A stretch of DNA of 63,958 nucleotides, counting the filler, from Octopus bimaculoides (lineage: Eukaryota), in NCBI RefSeq assembly GCF_001194135.2. It is 3 parts of 3 records of this genome, joined end to end, with 100 filler letters (N's around TTAATTAATTAA, not from the genome) between each part and the next. Parts side by side here need not be neighbours in the genome. Positions count along the whole stretch, not along the records: positions 28,110 to 57,611 come from NC_069006.1; 2 more parts are not named here. One strand, given 5' to 3'. Below the pieces are notes generated by a model. That model searched no databases. It saw only the letters and a program-made list of their open reading frames with translations, and was not told the DNA's origin. Positions 36,790 to 50,847 of the stretch are shown here, piece by piece (the stretch's first letter is position 1; each line of letters starts with the position of its first letter). The translations under genes and the position numbers were made by a program.

Positions 36790-37097
36790 GACGGCACTTC
36801 GTCGCTTGCGACGATGCTGGTTCCAGCTGATTTGACCAACCGAGCAACTAGCTCATGAAATTAACGTGCAAGTGGCTGAATACTCCACAGACACGTGAAC
36901 CTTTAAAAACGTCGTTCTCAGGGAGATTCAGCATGACACAGATTGATGGAAAAGCTGCCCCTTTTGAATCACAGGTACGCCTCATTTTTGCCAGCTGAGT
37001 GGACTGGAGCAACCGGAAATAAAGTGTCTTGCTCAAGGACACAACGAACCGCTGGGAATCGAAACCACGACCTCGCGATCGTGAGCCGACTGCCCAC
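36790..37097 (-). mobile_element. tRNA-derived SINE family E with CORE-like segment
   Basis: Minus strand GTGGTTTCGATTCCCAG...GTGTCCTTGAGCAAGACACTTTATTTCC (CORE-like), with the family E 3' block GCCACTTGCACGTTAATTTCA. Confidence 0.85.
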
Positions 37098-37361
37098 TCG
37101 AGGCCCAGGAAATTGCTGTCTACGCTGGTGCAGTTAACTCCAAGATCAACTCATCGATTAAGACGATTTATGATCTAAAGCCAATCCAACTGTGACCAGC
37201 CTGTCTATTAATTTCTCAGTCCAACTGTACTTTTTAACATCAACCAAATCCAGCGATTCGTACCCGGGGTCCATACGGCTCTCAAGGCCCCACACGACCC
37301 TCGGGAGGCGGGGCGGGGCGGGGGTCCATATAGGATCTTGTCAAAATTTATTTGCAATAAA

Positions 37362-39812
37362 TTGCTTTGCTTACGAACCACATGGTTCCGGGTTCAGTCC
37401 CACTGCATGGCACCTTGGGCAAGTGTCTTCTTCTATAGCCTCGGGCCGACCAAAGCCTTGTGAGTGGATTTGGTAGACGGAAACTGATAAGAAGCCTGTC
37501 GTATACTATATATATATGTATATATATATATATATATNNNNNNNNNNNNNNNNNNNNNNNNNNNNNNNNNNNNNNNNNNNNNNNNNNNNNNNNNNNNNNN
37601 NNNNNNNNNNNNNNNNNNNNNNNNNNNNNNNNNNNNNNNNNNNNNNNNNNNNNNNNNNNNNNNNNNNNNNNNNNNNNNNNNNNNNNNNNNNNNNNNNNNN
37701 NNNNNNNNNNNNNNNNNNNNNNNNNNNNNNNNNNNNNNNNNNNNNNNNNNNNNNNNNNNNNNNNNNNNNNNNNNNNNNNNNNNNNNNNNNNNNNNNNNNN
37801 NNNNNNNNNNNNNNNNNNNNNNNNNNNNNNNNNNNNNNNNNNNNNNNNNNNNNNNNNNNNNNNNNNNNNNNNNNNNNNNNNNNNNNNNNNNNNNNNNNNN
37901 NNNNNNNNNNNNNNNNNNNNNNNNNNNNNNNNNNNNNNNNNNNNNNNNNNNNNNNNNNNNNNNNNNNNNNNNNNNNNNNNNNNNNNNNNNNNNNNNNNNN
38001 NNNNNNNNNNNNNNNNNNNNNNNNNNNNNNNNNNNNNNNNNNNNNNNNNNNNNNNNNNNNNNNNNNNNNNNNNNNNNNNNNNNNNNNNNNNNNNNNNNNN
38101 NNNNNNNNNNNNNNNNNNNNNNNNNNNNNNNNNNNNNNNNNNNNNNNNNNNNNNNNNNNNNNNNNNNNNNNNNNNNNNNNNNNNNNNNNNNNNNNNNNNN
38201 NNNNNNNNNNNNNNNNNNNNNNNNNNNNNNNNNNNNNNNNNNNNNNNNNNNNNNNNNNNNNNNNNNNNNNNNNNNNNNNNNNNNNNNNNNNNNNNNNNNN
38301 NNNNNNNNNNNNNNNNNNNNNNNNNNNNNNNNNNNNNNNNNNNNNNNNNNNNNNNNNNNNNNNNNNNNNNNNNNNNNNNNNNNNNNNNNNNNNNNNNNNN
38401 NNNNNNNNNNNNNNNNNNNNNNNNNNNNNNNNNNNNNNNNNNNNNNNNNNNNNNNNNNNNNGGGGGGTTGTCGGGGAGTAGGTGTTACGATTAGTGTGTG
38501 TGTGTGTGTGTGTGTGAGTGCGTGCATGTTTGAGTGTACGTGTCTGTGTGTGAATGTGTGTGTATGAGTGTGTATGTGTTTGAGTAAACGTGTGTGTGTG
38601 TGAATGTGTGTGAGTGTGTATGTGTTTGAGTGTACGTGTGTGTGAATGTGTGTGAGTGTGTGAATGTATGTGTGTGAGTGTACGTGTGTGTGTGTGTGTG
38701 TGTGAAGCCGTACGCATACGTTGTGATGAGTTCAATAAGATTACATAATACTTTTAAAATATCTTCTTTTTTTGTGTGTGTGCGTGTTTTAGTGATCATA
38801 CTGCGGCCATGCTGGGGCACTTGCATCGAAGGATTAAGTCGACCAATTCAACCCGCAGTACTAATTTTGTCAAGTCTGGTTCGTGGTACCTACTCTATTG
38901 GTCTCTTATGCTGAGCCATTGAGTTACAGGGACATTAACAAACCAACACCGGCTGTCAAACAGGGGCGCGGGACCAACACACACACACACACACACATAC
39001 ATACATACATACATACACGCGCAACGATCTATCAGTTTCCTTCTACCAAATCCACACACAAGGCCTTGTAAAAGACACTTGCCTAAAGTACTACGCAGTG
39101 GGATTGAACCCGGAACCATGTGGTTGGGAAGCATGAAGACCTTCTACAGCCCGTTCAACATTTTACACTAACAATATTACACACGTGCACACAGATATAT
39201 TAGAAAGTAGCCTAGCGATTAAAGCGTTAAGCTCACGGTCCCGAGATCGATTCCTGGATCCAGCTGCACATTGTGTTCTTAAGCAAGGATCTTCATTTCA
39301 CCTTACTACTCCAATCTAATCTAACAGAAATGACTACCATCCGAATATTAATTACGACAGTCCTTTCGCCCGCCATCTTTTACAGACTCCATATTCCGTT
39401 ATGTTGGAAGGGCTGAATATTCTTTCTGCTCGTGATTACGCAGGGCATAAAACAATTCGCGAAAACGTGGTACATTTTCAATGGATCAAACTTCGTTAAT
39501 AGTTACAGCAGTTCCTTTATTCTTTTACTTGTTTCAGTCAATGGTCTGCGGCCATGCTGGAGCACTGCCTTGAATTGTAAGTCGAAGGAATGCACCCCAG
39601 TAAACTTTATTCTTTCTTAAATCTGGCACTTATTCTATTGGTCTCTTTTTGCTGAACCGCGAAGTCATGGGAACGTAAACAAACAAGCTACGGTAGCGGA
39701 GGACAAAGCCTCACAAGACACACACACATGTATATGCATTTATACGACGGGCTTCTTTTAGTTTCCGTCCACCAAATCCACTCACAAGGCTTTGGTTGGC
39801 TCAAGACTATAG
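37362..39812. mobile_element. SINE A copies: head 37362-37505 (+), degenerate 38780-39135 (-), 39512-39812 (-)
   Basis: Family blocks are recognisable around a large gap and (TG)n arrays. Confidence 0.85.
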
Positions 39813-39848
39813 CAGATGTCAGACAATAACTGCTTAGGCATGTAACTC

Positions 39849-39884
<36 letters not shown>

Positions 39885-40036
39885 TTCTCACACACACACA
39901 CTCACCCCTCTCTCTCTCCCGCACCTGTGCCGTTCCAAGCGTTGCTGTCACAAATGCAATGGACCAGCACAGACAAGCAAGAATACGGTCTGATGGTTTT
40001 ACAGTTACATAAATCCACTATGATAGAGTAGAGCCG

Positions 40037-40075
<39 letters not shown>

Positions 40076-40397
40076 CCTGAAAAAACGAAAGGCAAATTTC
40101 ACCTCGACTGGGTTTGAACCAAAAGCGTACTGTGTTGGACTGCATAACATTAGTTCATCCGATGCTCTAAGAAGATGCTGATACGTTTCACACACACGCG
40201 CACGCGCACACACGGAATAACATAGGTGCAAAACAAGAAAATAGTACTCAATTACGAAAAGTAGAGTGAAACAGTATTTCATTAAAGCTGAAAAAGTGTC
40301 CCAAACTGTTACTCAGAGTTTCACGCGACCGATTCACAGTGAATAGATTAGATTGGCGTTCAGTGTAAGGTTTAGATGGAAAAAGGTAGAAGTAAAA

Positions 40398-40430
40398 ATG
40401 ATGTTTCGAGCTTGGCTCTTCGTCGGATAG
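40398..40430 (-). ncRNA. Minimal hammerhead motif, CCGACGA core variant
   Basis: Minus strand CTAT-CCGACGA-A-GAGC-CAA-GCTC-GAAA-CAT-C-AT. Stem II is perfect and stem III is CpG-decayed ACGT; stem I is only 2 bp. Confidence 0.55.
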
Positions 40431-40685
40431 AGGGAGAAAAGGTATGGAGAAGAGGAAAAGGAGGAAAGATGACAAAAGCCTGGACAAAAAGCACGACACA
40501 CACGTACGTATCCATAGGTAGGTGTGATAAAAAGATATATGTGTATATATTTGTGTGTTGCATATATACACGATGAATGGATTTTGTCAAACGAATGAGA
40601 GAGACGGACTCAATACATGTAACAGAGTCACATCGTTTATCGAAACAGAATGCCTTTCTCACGAGTCGAGTTTCATTCAACTTCT

Positions 40686-40728
40686 TCTTGTCTGAAGATC
40701 ACAGTTGCGTGAAACTCGAGTTGCATGA
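40686..40728 (+). ncRNA. Minimal hammerhead motif with palindromic stem III
   Basis: TCTTGT-CTGAAGA-TCACAGTTGCGT-GAAA-CTCGAG-TT-GCATGA. ACTCGAGT is a perfect palindrome and stem I pairs at 5 of 6 positions; stem II is imperfect. Confidence 0.5.
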
Positions 40729-40763
40729 TAGGCATTCGTTTCAACACACACACAAACACACAC

Positions 40764-40803
<40 letters not shown>

Positions 40804-40989
40804 AATATAAAACATAAATAATGAATATTGCAAATTCTACTTCCACAAATACTATACGTTTTAATTGGATATTCTAATTCGTAAGAAGAAACACACATAG
40901 AAACATGTGCCAATGCATACACAGATGTATATATTCATAAATAGACACATATATACAAGCATATATATACATGTATACACATGTATGTA

Positions 40990-41023
<34 letters not shown>

Positions 41024-41045
41024 CATACATATATACACATGTATG

Positions 41046-41082
<37 letters not shown>

Positions 41083-41342
41083 ATACATATATACACATGT
41101 ATGTATATATATACATATANNNNNNNNNNNNNNNNNNNNNNNNNNNNNNNNNNNNNNNNNNNNNNNNNNNNNNNNNNNNNNNNNNNNNNNNNNNNNNNNN
41201 NNNNNNNNNNNNNNNNNNNNNNNNNNNNNNNNNNNNNNNNNNNNNNNNNNNNNNNNNNNNNNNNNNNNNNNNNNNNNNNNNNNNNNNNNNNNNNNNNNNN
41301 NNNNAGATAGATAGATAGATAGATACATGTATATGTATGCAT

Positions 41343-41399
<57 letters not shown>

Positions 41400-41895
41400 C
41401 ATACATACATACATGCATCTTGCACAAAGTCTATTATCAAACGGTCCTGTTCTAAACATGAGAAAAGGTGAAACAATTGTTTCGACCAGGAACCCTGGGT
41501 ACCCGTATTTAACAAGACTTATGGTTTTTATTATAACATTAAACACACACACACACACACACACGCATGTATCCTCACACATGCACACACAGACACATAT
41601 ATATACACACACAAGACAACATACTCTGAAGAATGCCAGAGATGATGACGATTCAAGTGAGTGTCATTACGATCACAATGATGATGATGATGACGGTCGT
41701 CATGTATGTATATATACACACATACACACACCGAACACAAACAGAGACACACACGCACACAAACACACGCACGAACGTACACACACACACACACACATGT
41801 ATTGCAGTAAAAATGTTTGTTATCATGTAATCAGACGGTTATTGTTATCTGAAATAGTGATCTCTTTTCCAAGTTAAAACAAAGAGCGGCTCCCA

Positions 41896-41929
<34 letters not shown>

Positions 41930-42005
41930 AGAGAGAGAGGCAGAGTGATGAGAGAGTGAGAGAATGGGTGAAGAAATATAGTACCACTAAATGTGAGTGT
42001 GTACA

Positions 42006-42049
<44 letters not shown>

Positions 42050-42549
42050 TTGTATTAAATACAAGATCTATCTCAGTATGCTATGGATGCCACATGCCAA
42101 AATTTCAATCGGCCGAACTTCTTGTAATTATCTCCCTTATAGAGTTTACCTTGTAACTGTTAACATAGAAACAATTTTTGTCTACTAATTAATTGGATCA
42201 ACCCAGCTGTTGGAATATTTCAGCATGCTATGGAACAAATATATCCTAACGAACGTGTGCATGCATGTGTGTGTACACACACACACACTTATTTGGAAAT
42301 GGATGTGTCGCGTTCAACTAAATAATGTGTGTGTATATATATATATATATATGTATATACATGTGAGTATATANNNNNNNNNNTATATATATATATATAT
42401 ACGCATAATATACACATATATATACGCATATATATATGCGTGTGTATATGCGTCTGTGTATGAATGATAATATAAAAAGATTGGGAGAGGCAAACGGATA
42501 GGTACATATATGTATATATATATATTTATACTATTTCACACACACACAC

Positions 42550-42587
<38 letters not shown>

Positions 42588-42740
42588 TATATATATATAT
42601 CACAGATATAGACGTACGCTTAGCCAGACAGAAACATTAAGAGTGAAAGGCATACATTTCCTGATTACTGTATGTGCGTATGCGTGCGGATGTAGTTGTG
42701 TGTTTCTGTGTTGATATATATATACATAGAGCGAGTGAGT

Positions 42741-42786
<46 letters not shown>

Positions 42787-43761
42787 TAGATAGATAGATA
42801 GATAGACAGACAGATAGTTAGATTGATTGATAAATTGATAGGCAGACATTGAGAGTGAGAGATACAAACATACATTTTCATTGCTTCTGTGTTTCTGAGT
42901 ATGTCAGAGTGTGTGTATGTGAGTGTGTGTGTGTGTGCATACATATACATGTGTTTGTTTCTCTCTCTCTCTCTCTCTCTCTNNNNNNNNNNNNNNNNNN
43001 NNNNNNNNNNNNNNNNNNNNNNNNNNNNNNNNNNNNNNNNNNNNNNNNNNNNNNNNNNNNNNNNNNNNNNNNNNNNNNNNNNNNNNNNNNNNNNNNNNNN
43101 NNNNNNNNNNNNNNNNNNNNNNNNNNNNNNNNNNNNNNNNNNNNNNNNNNNNNNNNNNNNNNNNNNNNNNNNNNNNNNNNNNNNNNNNNNNNNNNNNNNN
43201 NNNNNNNNNNNNNNNNNNNNNNNNNNNNNNNNNNNNNNNNNNNNNNNNNNNNNNNNNNNNNNNNNNNNNNNNNNNNNNNNNNNNNNNNNNNNNNNNNNNN
43301 NNNNNNNNNNNNNNNNNNNNNNNNNNNNNNNNNNNNNNNNNNNNNNNNNNNNNNNNNNNNNNNNNNNNNNNNNNNNNNNNNNNNNNNNNNNNNNNNNNNN
43401 NNNNNNNNNNNNNNNNNNNNNNNNNNNNNNNNNNNNNNNNNNNNNNNNNNNNNNNNNNNNNNNNNNNNNNNNNNNNNNNNNNNNNNNNNNNNNNNNNNNN
43501 NNNNNNNNNNNNNNNNNNNNNNNNNNNNNNNNNNNNNNNNNNNNNNNNNNNNNNNNNNNNNNNNNNNNNNNNNNNNNNNNNNNNNNNNNNNNNNNNNNNN
43601 NNNNNNNNNNNNNNNNNNNNNNNNNNNNNNNNNNNNNNNNNNNNNNNNNNNNNNNNNNNNNNNNNNNNNNNNNNNNNNNNNNNNNNNNNNNNNNNNNNNN
43701 NNNNNNNNNNNNNNNNNNNNNNNNNNNNNNNNNNNNNNNNNNNNNNNNNNNNNNNNNNNNN

Positions 43762-43827
<66 letters not shown>

Positions 43828-44308
43828 TCACATGTGTATGTCGGCTCGGAAAAAAAAACACAGATATATATATCTATATATATATACGAACAAGGTGCGA
43901 GAAAGTTAAGTCTAAGTTAAAACAGAGCAAATTAAGACAGCAATATTAATTAAGAAAATCCAAGTGTATATATATATATATACTCGGAATAAAGAAATTA
44001 CCTGGTATATGTGTTTTTGGATATTTTTTGTAAGATATAAAAATAATACTAGTAATAATAATCCAAGATGTGTATATATATATATATGTGTATATATAAA
44101 CGCTGTTGTTAGTATTCTTTTTTTTTCGTACGGACAACGACGTTCGGAAGAAATAAACGGATAATCCTCACGCAGAACGGGTCTACGCATAGAGAACTCT
44201 ACGCACGCGCACTCAGACACTTAGTGTTTCTCGCATTTGTATATATATATGTGTGTATATATGTATTTATACAAGCAGCAGGTCTTCTCTCTCTCTCTTA
44301 TGTGAATA

Positions 44309-44349
<41 letters not shown>

Positions 44350-46718
44350 ACAGAGACAGAGATAGACCACACCTACACACATTCACGCACATACACACAC
44401 ACACACTCCCACACGTACGTATATAGACAGGCATACACACGCAATTGTGTGTCTGCGTGTGAATGAACGGCCTAACGGAATAACGGAACATCACTTTATA
44501 TATGTATATATATATATATATATATATANNNNNNNNNNNNNNNNNNNNNNNNNNNNNNNNNNNNNNNNNNNNNNNNNNNNNNNNNNNNNNNNNNNNNNNN
44601 NNNNNNNNNNNNNNNNNNNNNNNNNNNNNNNNNNNNNNNNNNNNNNNNNNNNNNNNNNNNNNNNNNNNNNNNNNNNNNNNNNNNNNNNNNNNNNNNNNNN
44701 NNNNNNNNNNNNNNNNNNNNNNNNNNNNNNNNNNNNNNNNNNNNNNNNNNNNNNNNNNNNNNNNNNNNNNNNNNNNNNNNNNNNNNNNNNNNNNNNNNNN
44801 NNNNNNNNNNNNNNNNNNNNNNNNNNNNNNNNNNNNNNNNNNNNNNNNNNNNNNNNNNNNNNNNNNNNNNNNNNNNNNNNNNNNNNNNNNNNNNNNNNNN
44901 NNNNNNNNNNNNNNNNNNNNNNNNNNNNNNNNNNNNNNNNNNNNNNNNNNNNNNNNNNNNNNNNNNNNNNNNNNNNNNNNNNNNNNNNNNNNNNNNNNNN
45001 NNNNNNNNNNNNNNNNNNNNNNNNNNNNNNNNNNNNNNNNNNNNNNNNNNNNNNNNNNNNNNNCCCCTCTCACAATAAGATTCTGATCTCACAGATAAAG
45101 AGAGACCAGAAATCTTTGTCGGGTAACATCAGACGGATTAATCCGGCCCCTAGTTTATCACTGTGTTTTATTTTCTCAACCCCCAACCCCGAAACGATAA
45201 AAAGCAAAGTTGAGAGACCTTGATACGATTTGAACCCAAAAACAAAGCGCTGCAAACAAATAACCACAGGGCATATTGTTCGACGCACCAACGATTCAGG
45301 CGATCCACCGCTTGTAATGTAATTTGTAACATTGGGCACAAACCCTTGATTTGTGAGAAGGGGAACCGTCATTGGTTCCTTGTATTTAACTGGTAAAATA
45401 TCAAGCCCCAGGAGGATAAAAATAGTAAGTAAAGCCGCCGGATTCGAACCCCGATTTTACCAACATAGACAAGGCGCAGGGGCCATAAATTTCGAGAAAG
45501 ATTTACATTTTGCAGGGTCGGATCAATGCTCTCAGCCTAAGTACATGACTGGTATTAACATAAATTATTTTATCGACCCCCTGATGTATAAAAAGTGGAC
45601 TTGAATACCTAGCGAGATTCGATCTCGATTTCAAAGGGGGCCACGAGTTTGTGCGCGTGCGGTAGGATGGATGGGTGAGTGGGCGATGTGGAACGTTTAT
45701 TACATGAAAGTATATCGATTGTATATCGAACGCTGGAAGAAATGAAAGGGCAGAGAATAGAAAAATTGGGGTTTGATGTTTGGTTTAATATAAAAAGCAA
45801 AAAAGGGGTTACAGAAACCTGTGTCTGTGCATGTGTGTGCGTGTATATGTGTGTGTGAGCGTGTATGTGTGTATAAGTGTGTGTGCTCATGCGTGAATGT
45901 GTGTTTGTGGGTTTCTGAATTGCGTGTGTGTGTGTGTGTGTGTGAGAGAGAGTTTGTGTATGATCGTGTTCATGTTTGTGTCAGTGTTTCTGTCCGTGTA
46001 AGCGTTTGCGCGTATGAATGTGTATTTAAATGTGTGTGTGTGTGTGTATCTGTGTGTGTGTGTGTGTATGTGTGTGTGTGTGTATCTGTGTGTGTGTGTG
46101 TGTGTATGTGTGTGTGTGTGTATCTGTGTGTGTGTATCTGTGTGTGTGTGTGTATGTGTGTGTGTGTATCTCTGTGTGTGTGTGTATCCGTATGTGTGTG
46201 TGTGCATATATAATGTGTATATGTATAAACCAGAAACAAAACAAAAACCCGAAAAACAATTCGAACTTCGATCAGTAATAAACAAGGACCGTTATGAAAG
46301 AAACCATTTGAAGGTGTTTGTCCGGGGCTCGACCGTCAGCGCTTAATATAGAGTGATGACAAAACTCATGGTTTGAAAGGAAATTGGTACAAGATATTTG
46401 TGTATGGAAGATATGGAGCGAAATTGAGTCCAATAGGAAACTGGTATTATTACAATTTAGAGAAACCCTATGTTGGAGATATGGAAAGACAAGGGGCCCA
46501 CTGTAATTTGAACCCAGAATAGGAAACAGGCACGTGTGTGTGTGTGTGTGTGTAATACATATATATATTCTTTTATATAGGTTTCAGCCCTAAGGCTGTG
46601 ACCATGCTGGAGTACACCGCCCAGTCAGATCACCTTTTCGATGGCCAGGTCTATGATTTGGCCTTTGGTGAAGGAGGAGGACCTTCGACACTGCTGCCAT
46701 ATAATATATGTATATATT

Positions 46719-46757
<39 letters not shown>

Positions 46758-47457
46758 NNNNNNNNNNNNNNNNNNNNNNNNNNNNNNNNNNNNNNNNNNN
46801 NNNNNNNNNNNNNNNNNNNNNNNNNNNNNNNNNNNNNNNNNNNNNNNNNNNNNNNNNNNNNNNNNNNNNNNNNNNNNNNNNNNNNNNNNNNNNNNNNNNN
46901 NNNNNNNNNNNNNNNNNNNNNNNNNNNNNNNNNNNNNNNNNNNNNNNNNNNNNNNNNNNNNNNNNNNNNNNNNNNNNNNNNNNNNNNNNNNNNNNNNNNN
47001 NNNNNNNNNNNNNNNNNNNNNNNNNNNNNNNNNNNNNNNNNNNNNNNNNNNNNNNNNNNNNNNNNNNNNNNNNNNNNNNNNNNNNNNNNNNNNNNNNNNN
47101 NNNNNNNNNNNNNNNNNNNNNNNNNNNNNNNNNNNNNNNNNNNNNNNNNNNNNNNNNNNNNNNNNNNNNNNNNNNNNNNNNNNNNNNNNNNNNNNNNNNN
47201 NNNNNNNNNNNNNNNNNNNNNNNNNNNNNNNNNNNNNNNNNNNNNNNNNNNNNNNNNNNNNNNNNNNNNNNNNNNNNNNNNNNNNNNNNNNNNNNNNNNN
47301 NNNNNNNNNNNNNNNNNNNNNNNNNNNNNNNNNNNNNNNNNNNNNNNNNNNNNNNNNNNNNNNNNNNNNNNNNNNNNNNNNNNNNNNNNNNNNNNNNNNN
47401 NNNNNNNNNNNNNNNNNNNNNNNNNNNNNNNNNNNNNNNNNNNNNNNNNNNNNNNNN

Positions 47458-47499
<42 letters not shown>

Positions 47500-48366
47500 C
47501 ATATACATGTATGTATGTATGTATATGTATATATATATATGTATGTATGTATCTATGTATATGTATATACATGTATGTATGTATCTATGTATATATGTAT
47601 GTATGTATATGCTTCTGTGTGTATGCATGTATATATCTATACATATATATGCATGCATGTATAGTATGTATGTAAAATGTATATACACACATGCCTTTCA
47701 CGCGGACAGGGGCTGTTACTCACCCCTCCCCCGCGCCACTCCCACCGTCTCTGTCGTTTTCCGGATCATTCACAATTGAATCTACTCGGAGGGACCAGCA
47801 CAGAGGCTGACGGTCACGCTAGACATAGCAGTAGCTAGCTCTCTCACTCCCTCCCTCTCTCATCACGCCGTCGTCTTCATTAGTTCCGGAAGGACACCAA
47901 TAACGAATGATACAATGGCTTAGAACCAAACTCGATGCGATGGTCACGATTAGACCTCCATTGCTCATAGATCTATTGGATGACGGTCGATTTGGGACTA
48001 TAAACAACAACAAAAGTAACAGCAACGTTTGTATAAATGAGGGACGAGGCCAGGGACTTTGTGAGGGGAGGGGAATAGTCTGTTACATGGACCTCAGTAT
48101 GTAACTGGTACTTCATTTTTTATCGAATCCCAAATAGTAAACAATTAGAGCAACAAGCAAAGACGATACCACACACACACACACACACAAGTACCTACGC
48201 GTATATATTGGACACACGCATACATAGAGAAGCGCAAAGGCATACATGAACACAAACACACACACACACACACACACACTGATACACATGCATTCAAAAG
48301 CGCGCACACACACACACAATGATGGACACACACGCATTCAAAAGCATACACACACACAACAGGCGT

Positions 48367-48403
<37 letters not shown>

Positions 48404-49254
48404 AGGGCACACACGTACACATGGACACATACACAACAGGTGTACACACACACCCGCACACACAAACACAAAAGCACACACAGACAAACATACACACACA
48501 CTTACTCAAAAACACACACATACTTAAAAACATGCATATTCAAAACACACACCCAGCCTCCCCCCTACACACAGAGGGGGCACCGGAAAAACTACAAATT
48601 AAAAAAGGGTTCATTTGAAAGAAACCCCTTACAACAGTAACAACAACAGAAACAATAATAATTCTTTATTTGTTACAAGTGCAATGGATAATGACGATGG
48701 TGGTGGCGGTGGTGGTGGTGGTGGTGGTGTCGGTTGGTGGTCTTTGCTTAATTTTTGTCTCAACGTTTTTTTAGCGAAAGATACAAGGCAAAGAAAAAGA
48801 ACAAGAGACGAAGCAAGCATGTTGCGAGATGATAATAATAAGGGATGTGAATAATCTATCCTTCTATCTATTTATCTACGGCTATCTGTCTGTCTATCTA
48901 CCTACCTACACACGCGTGTTTGTGTGTGTGTGTGTGTGTATACGTTAGAGAAATAAATACATAGACATAGATAGATAGATAGATAGGTAGAAAGATAGAT
49001 AGATATGTATGAATGACGACATTACAGAAACATCGTTTTCATTGTATATATATATATATATACAATATACAAACATACAAATATTTATATATACAAACAC
49101 ATTTTATCAAACATACATATATATAGATATATATATTATATATATATATATATATTTGCACGCACGCACACACATATTTCTATACACACATACACATATA
49201 TATGTGTATATATTAATATATATATCTTATACATATATACATACATACAAACAT

Positions 49255-49286
<32 letters not shown>

Positions 49287-49430
49287 GCATGTATGTATGT
49301 ATGTATATATACAAAATCTCGACATATATTCATGTATGCGTATAACTAACTTTGTGTATGCGTTACAATAACACACACACAGAAACATACAGGCACACAT
49401 ACATAACACACACGCACATACATGCTTTTG

Positions 49431-49522
<92 letters not shown>
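49431..49522. repeat. (AAT)n microsatellite
   Basis: Direct reading. Confidence 0.97.
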
Positions 49523-49523
<1 letters not shown>

Positions 49524-50070
49524 GCAAAATAATCGCTACATTTCCAATAGCAACATCAAATACAGCAACAATACTTAATGTGTATATATAAATATATATA
49601 TAAATGTGTGTGTGTGTGTGTGTCTATGTATATACATATACAAAGATTTTAAATAATGTTTAATGTGTGTGTATGTATAAAAATAAGAAAATGACATAAA
49701 AATATATATATACCAGGTGGGGACCCATATATATAACATATATATAATTACAATGAACAGATATATATGTATTATGTATTAAACGAATAATATGTGTGTG
49801 CATATCAATATAACAGATATATAAATAATATATAATATAGAATGTATAATATATATGTATAAATATATACCGGGTCTTGTTGGTTACGCAGCATTATATG
49901 TAATAAACCATCCGTTTGCGTTTTGGCTGTCGTTGTTTTAGTTGCAATAATTTTAATATATGTTGTATATAATAAGGTTTATACGTTATATATAATTAAT
50001 TAATTAACAAAACACATCTAATAGGCATGTGCGCGTATACTTTTCCGTATGTGTGTGTGTATGCGTGTGT

Positions 50071-50141
<71 letters not shown>

Positions 50142-50814
50142 GCTATATATATATAATATATATATATTTATATATAAACACCACTTAGAAAATATTACAA
50201 GAGGCGAAATAATACGGCTGCCCCTGTTATACGTGTGCGTGTGTGTGTATGTAATATTAGTGTATACGTAATGTTATACAGTGTTTGTATGTGTGTTTAT
50301 GTCTGTGTGTGTGTGCGTGTGTGTGTTTGTGTGTGTTGGATGATGTTGTCATGTGTTGTAGTTGTGTTAAAGATCTGGTTGTTCGTCTTGTTAATGTAAA
50401 TGTTTGTTGGTTTGTTGTAGTGGTGGTGGGTGAATGCGATGTGGAGCGGTTTTGTGTGATGGTGTGGCTTGCTTGCTCCGTACGCCTGTATGTGTGTGTA
50501 TATGTGTGTGTTTATAAAAGCGAGTGTCTACGTGTGTGAGTATATATTCAAATGCGTGTCTGTGTGTGTGTGTGTGTGATAGGGAACTGGGAAATTATGA
50601 AAAAGATAGAATGTAGATAGATACACAGAGAGAGAGAGAGAGGAAGAGAGGGAGGGAGAGAGAGAGAAACGGGAAAGATTTTGGTAAAAAAGACTGTTTT
50701 TATTGAAATTATTAATAATATCCACTGCAATTATAATATATACACACACATATATATATGTGTGTGTATACATGTAAATGCATGTGTGTGTGCATGTGTG
50801 TGTGCATGTGTGTG

Positions 50815-50847
<33 letters not shown>

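Noticed and set aside
46345-46430. GTGATGA as a snoRNA C box
   Set aside because: No D box (CTGA) or terminal stem at a suitable distance.
47819-48104. Overlapping 65-68 aa ORFs in a CpG-rich patch
   Set aside because: No recognisable domain, a weak donor, and ORF length expected by chance in GC-richer DNA.
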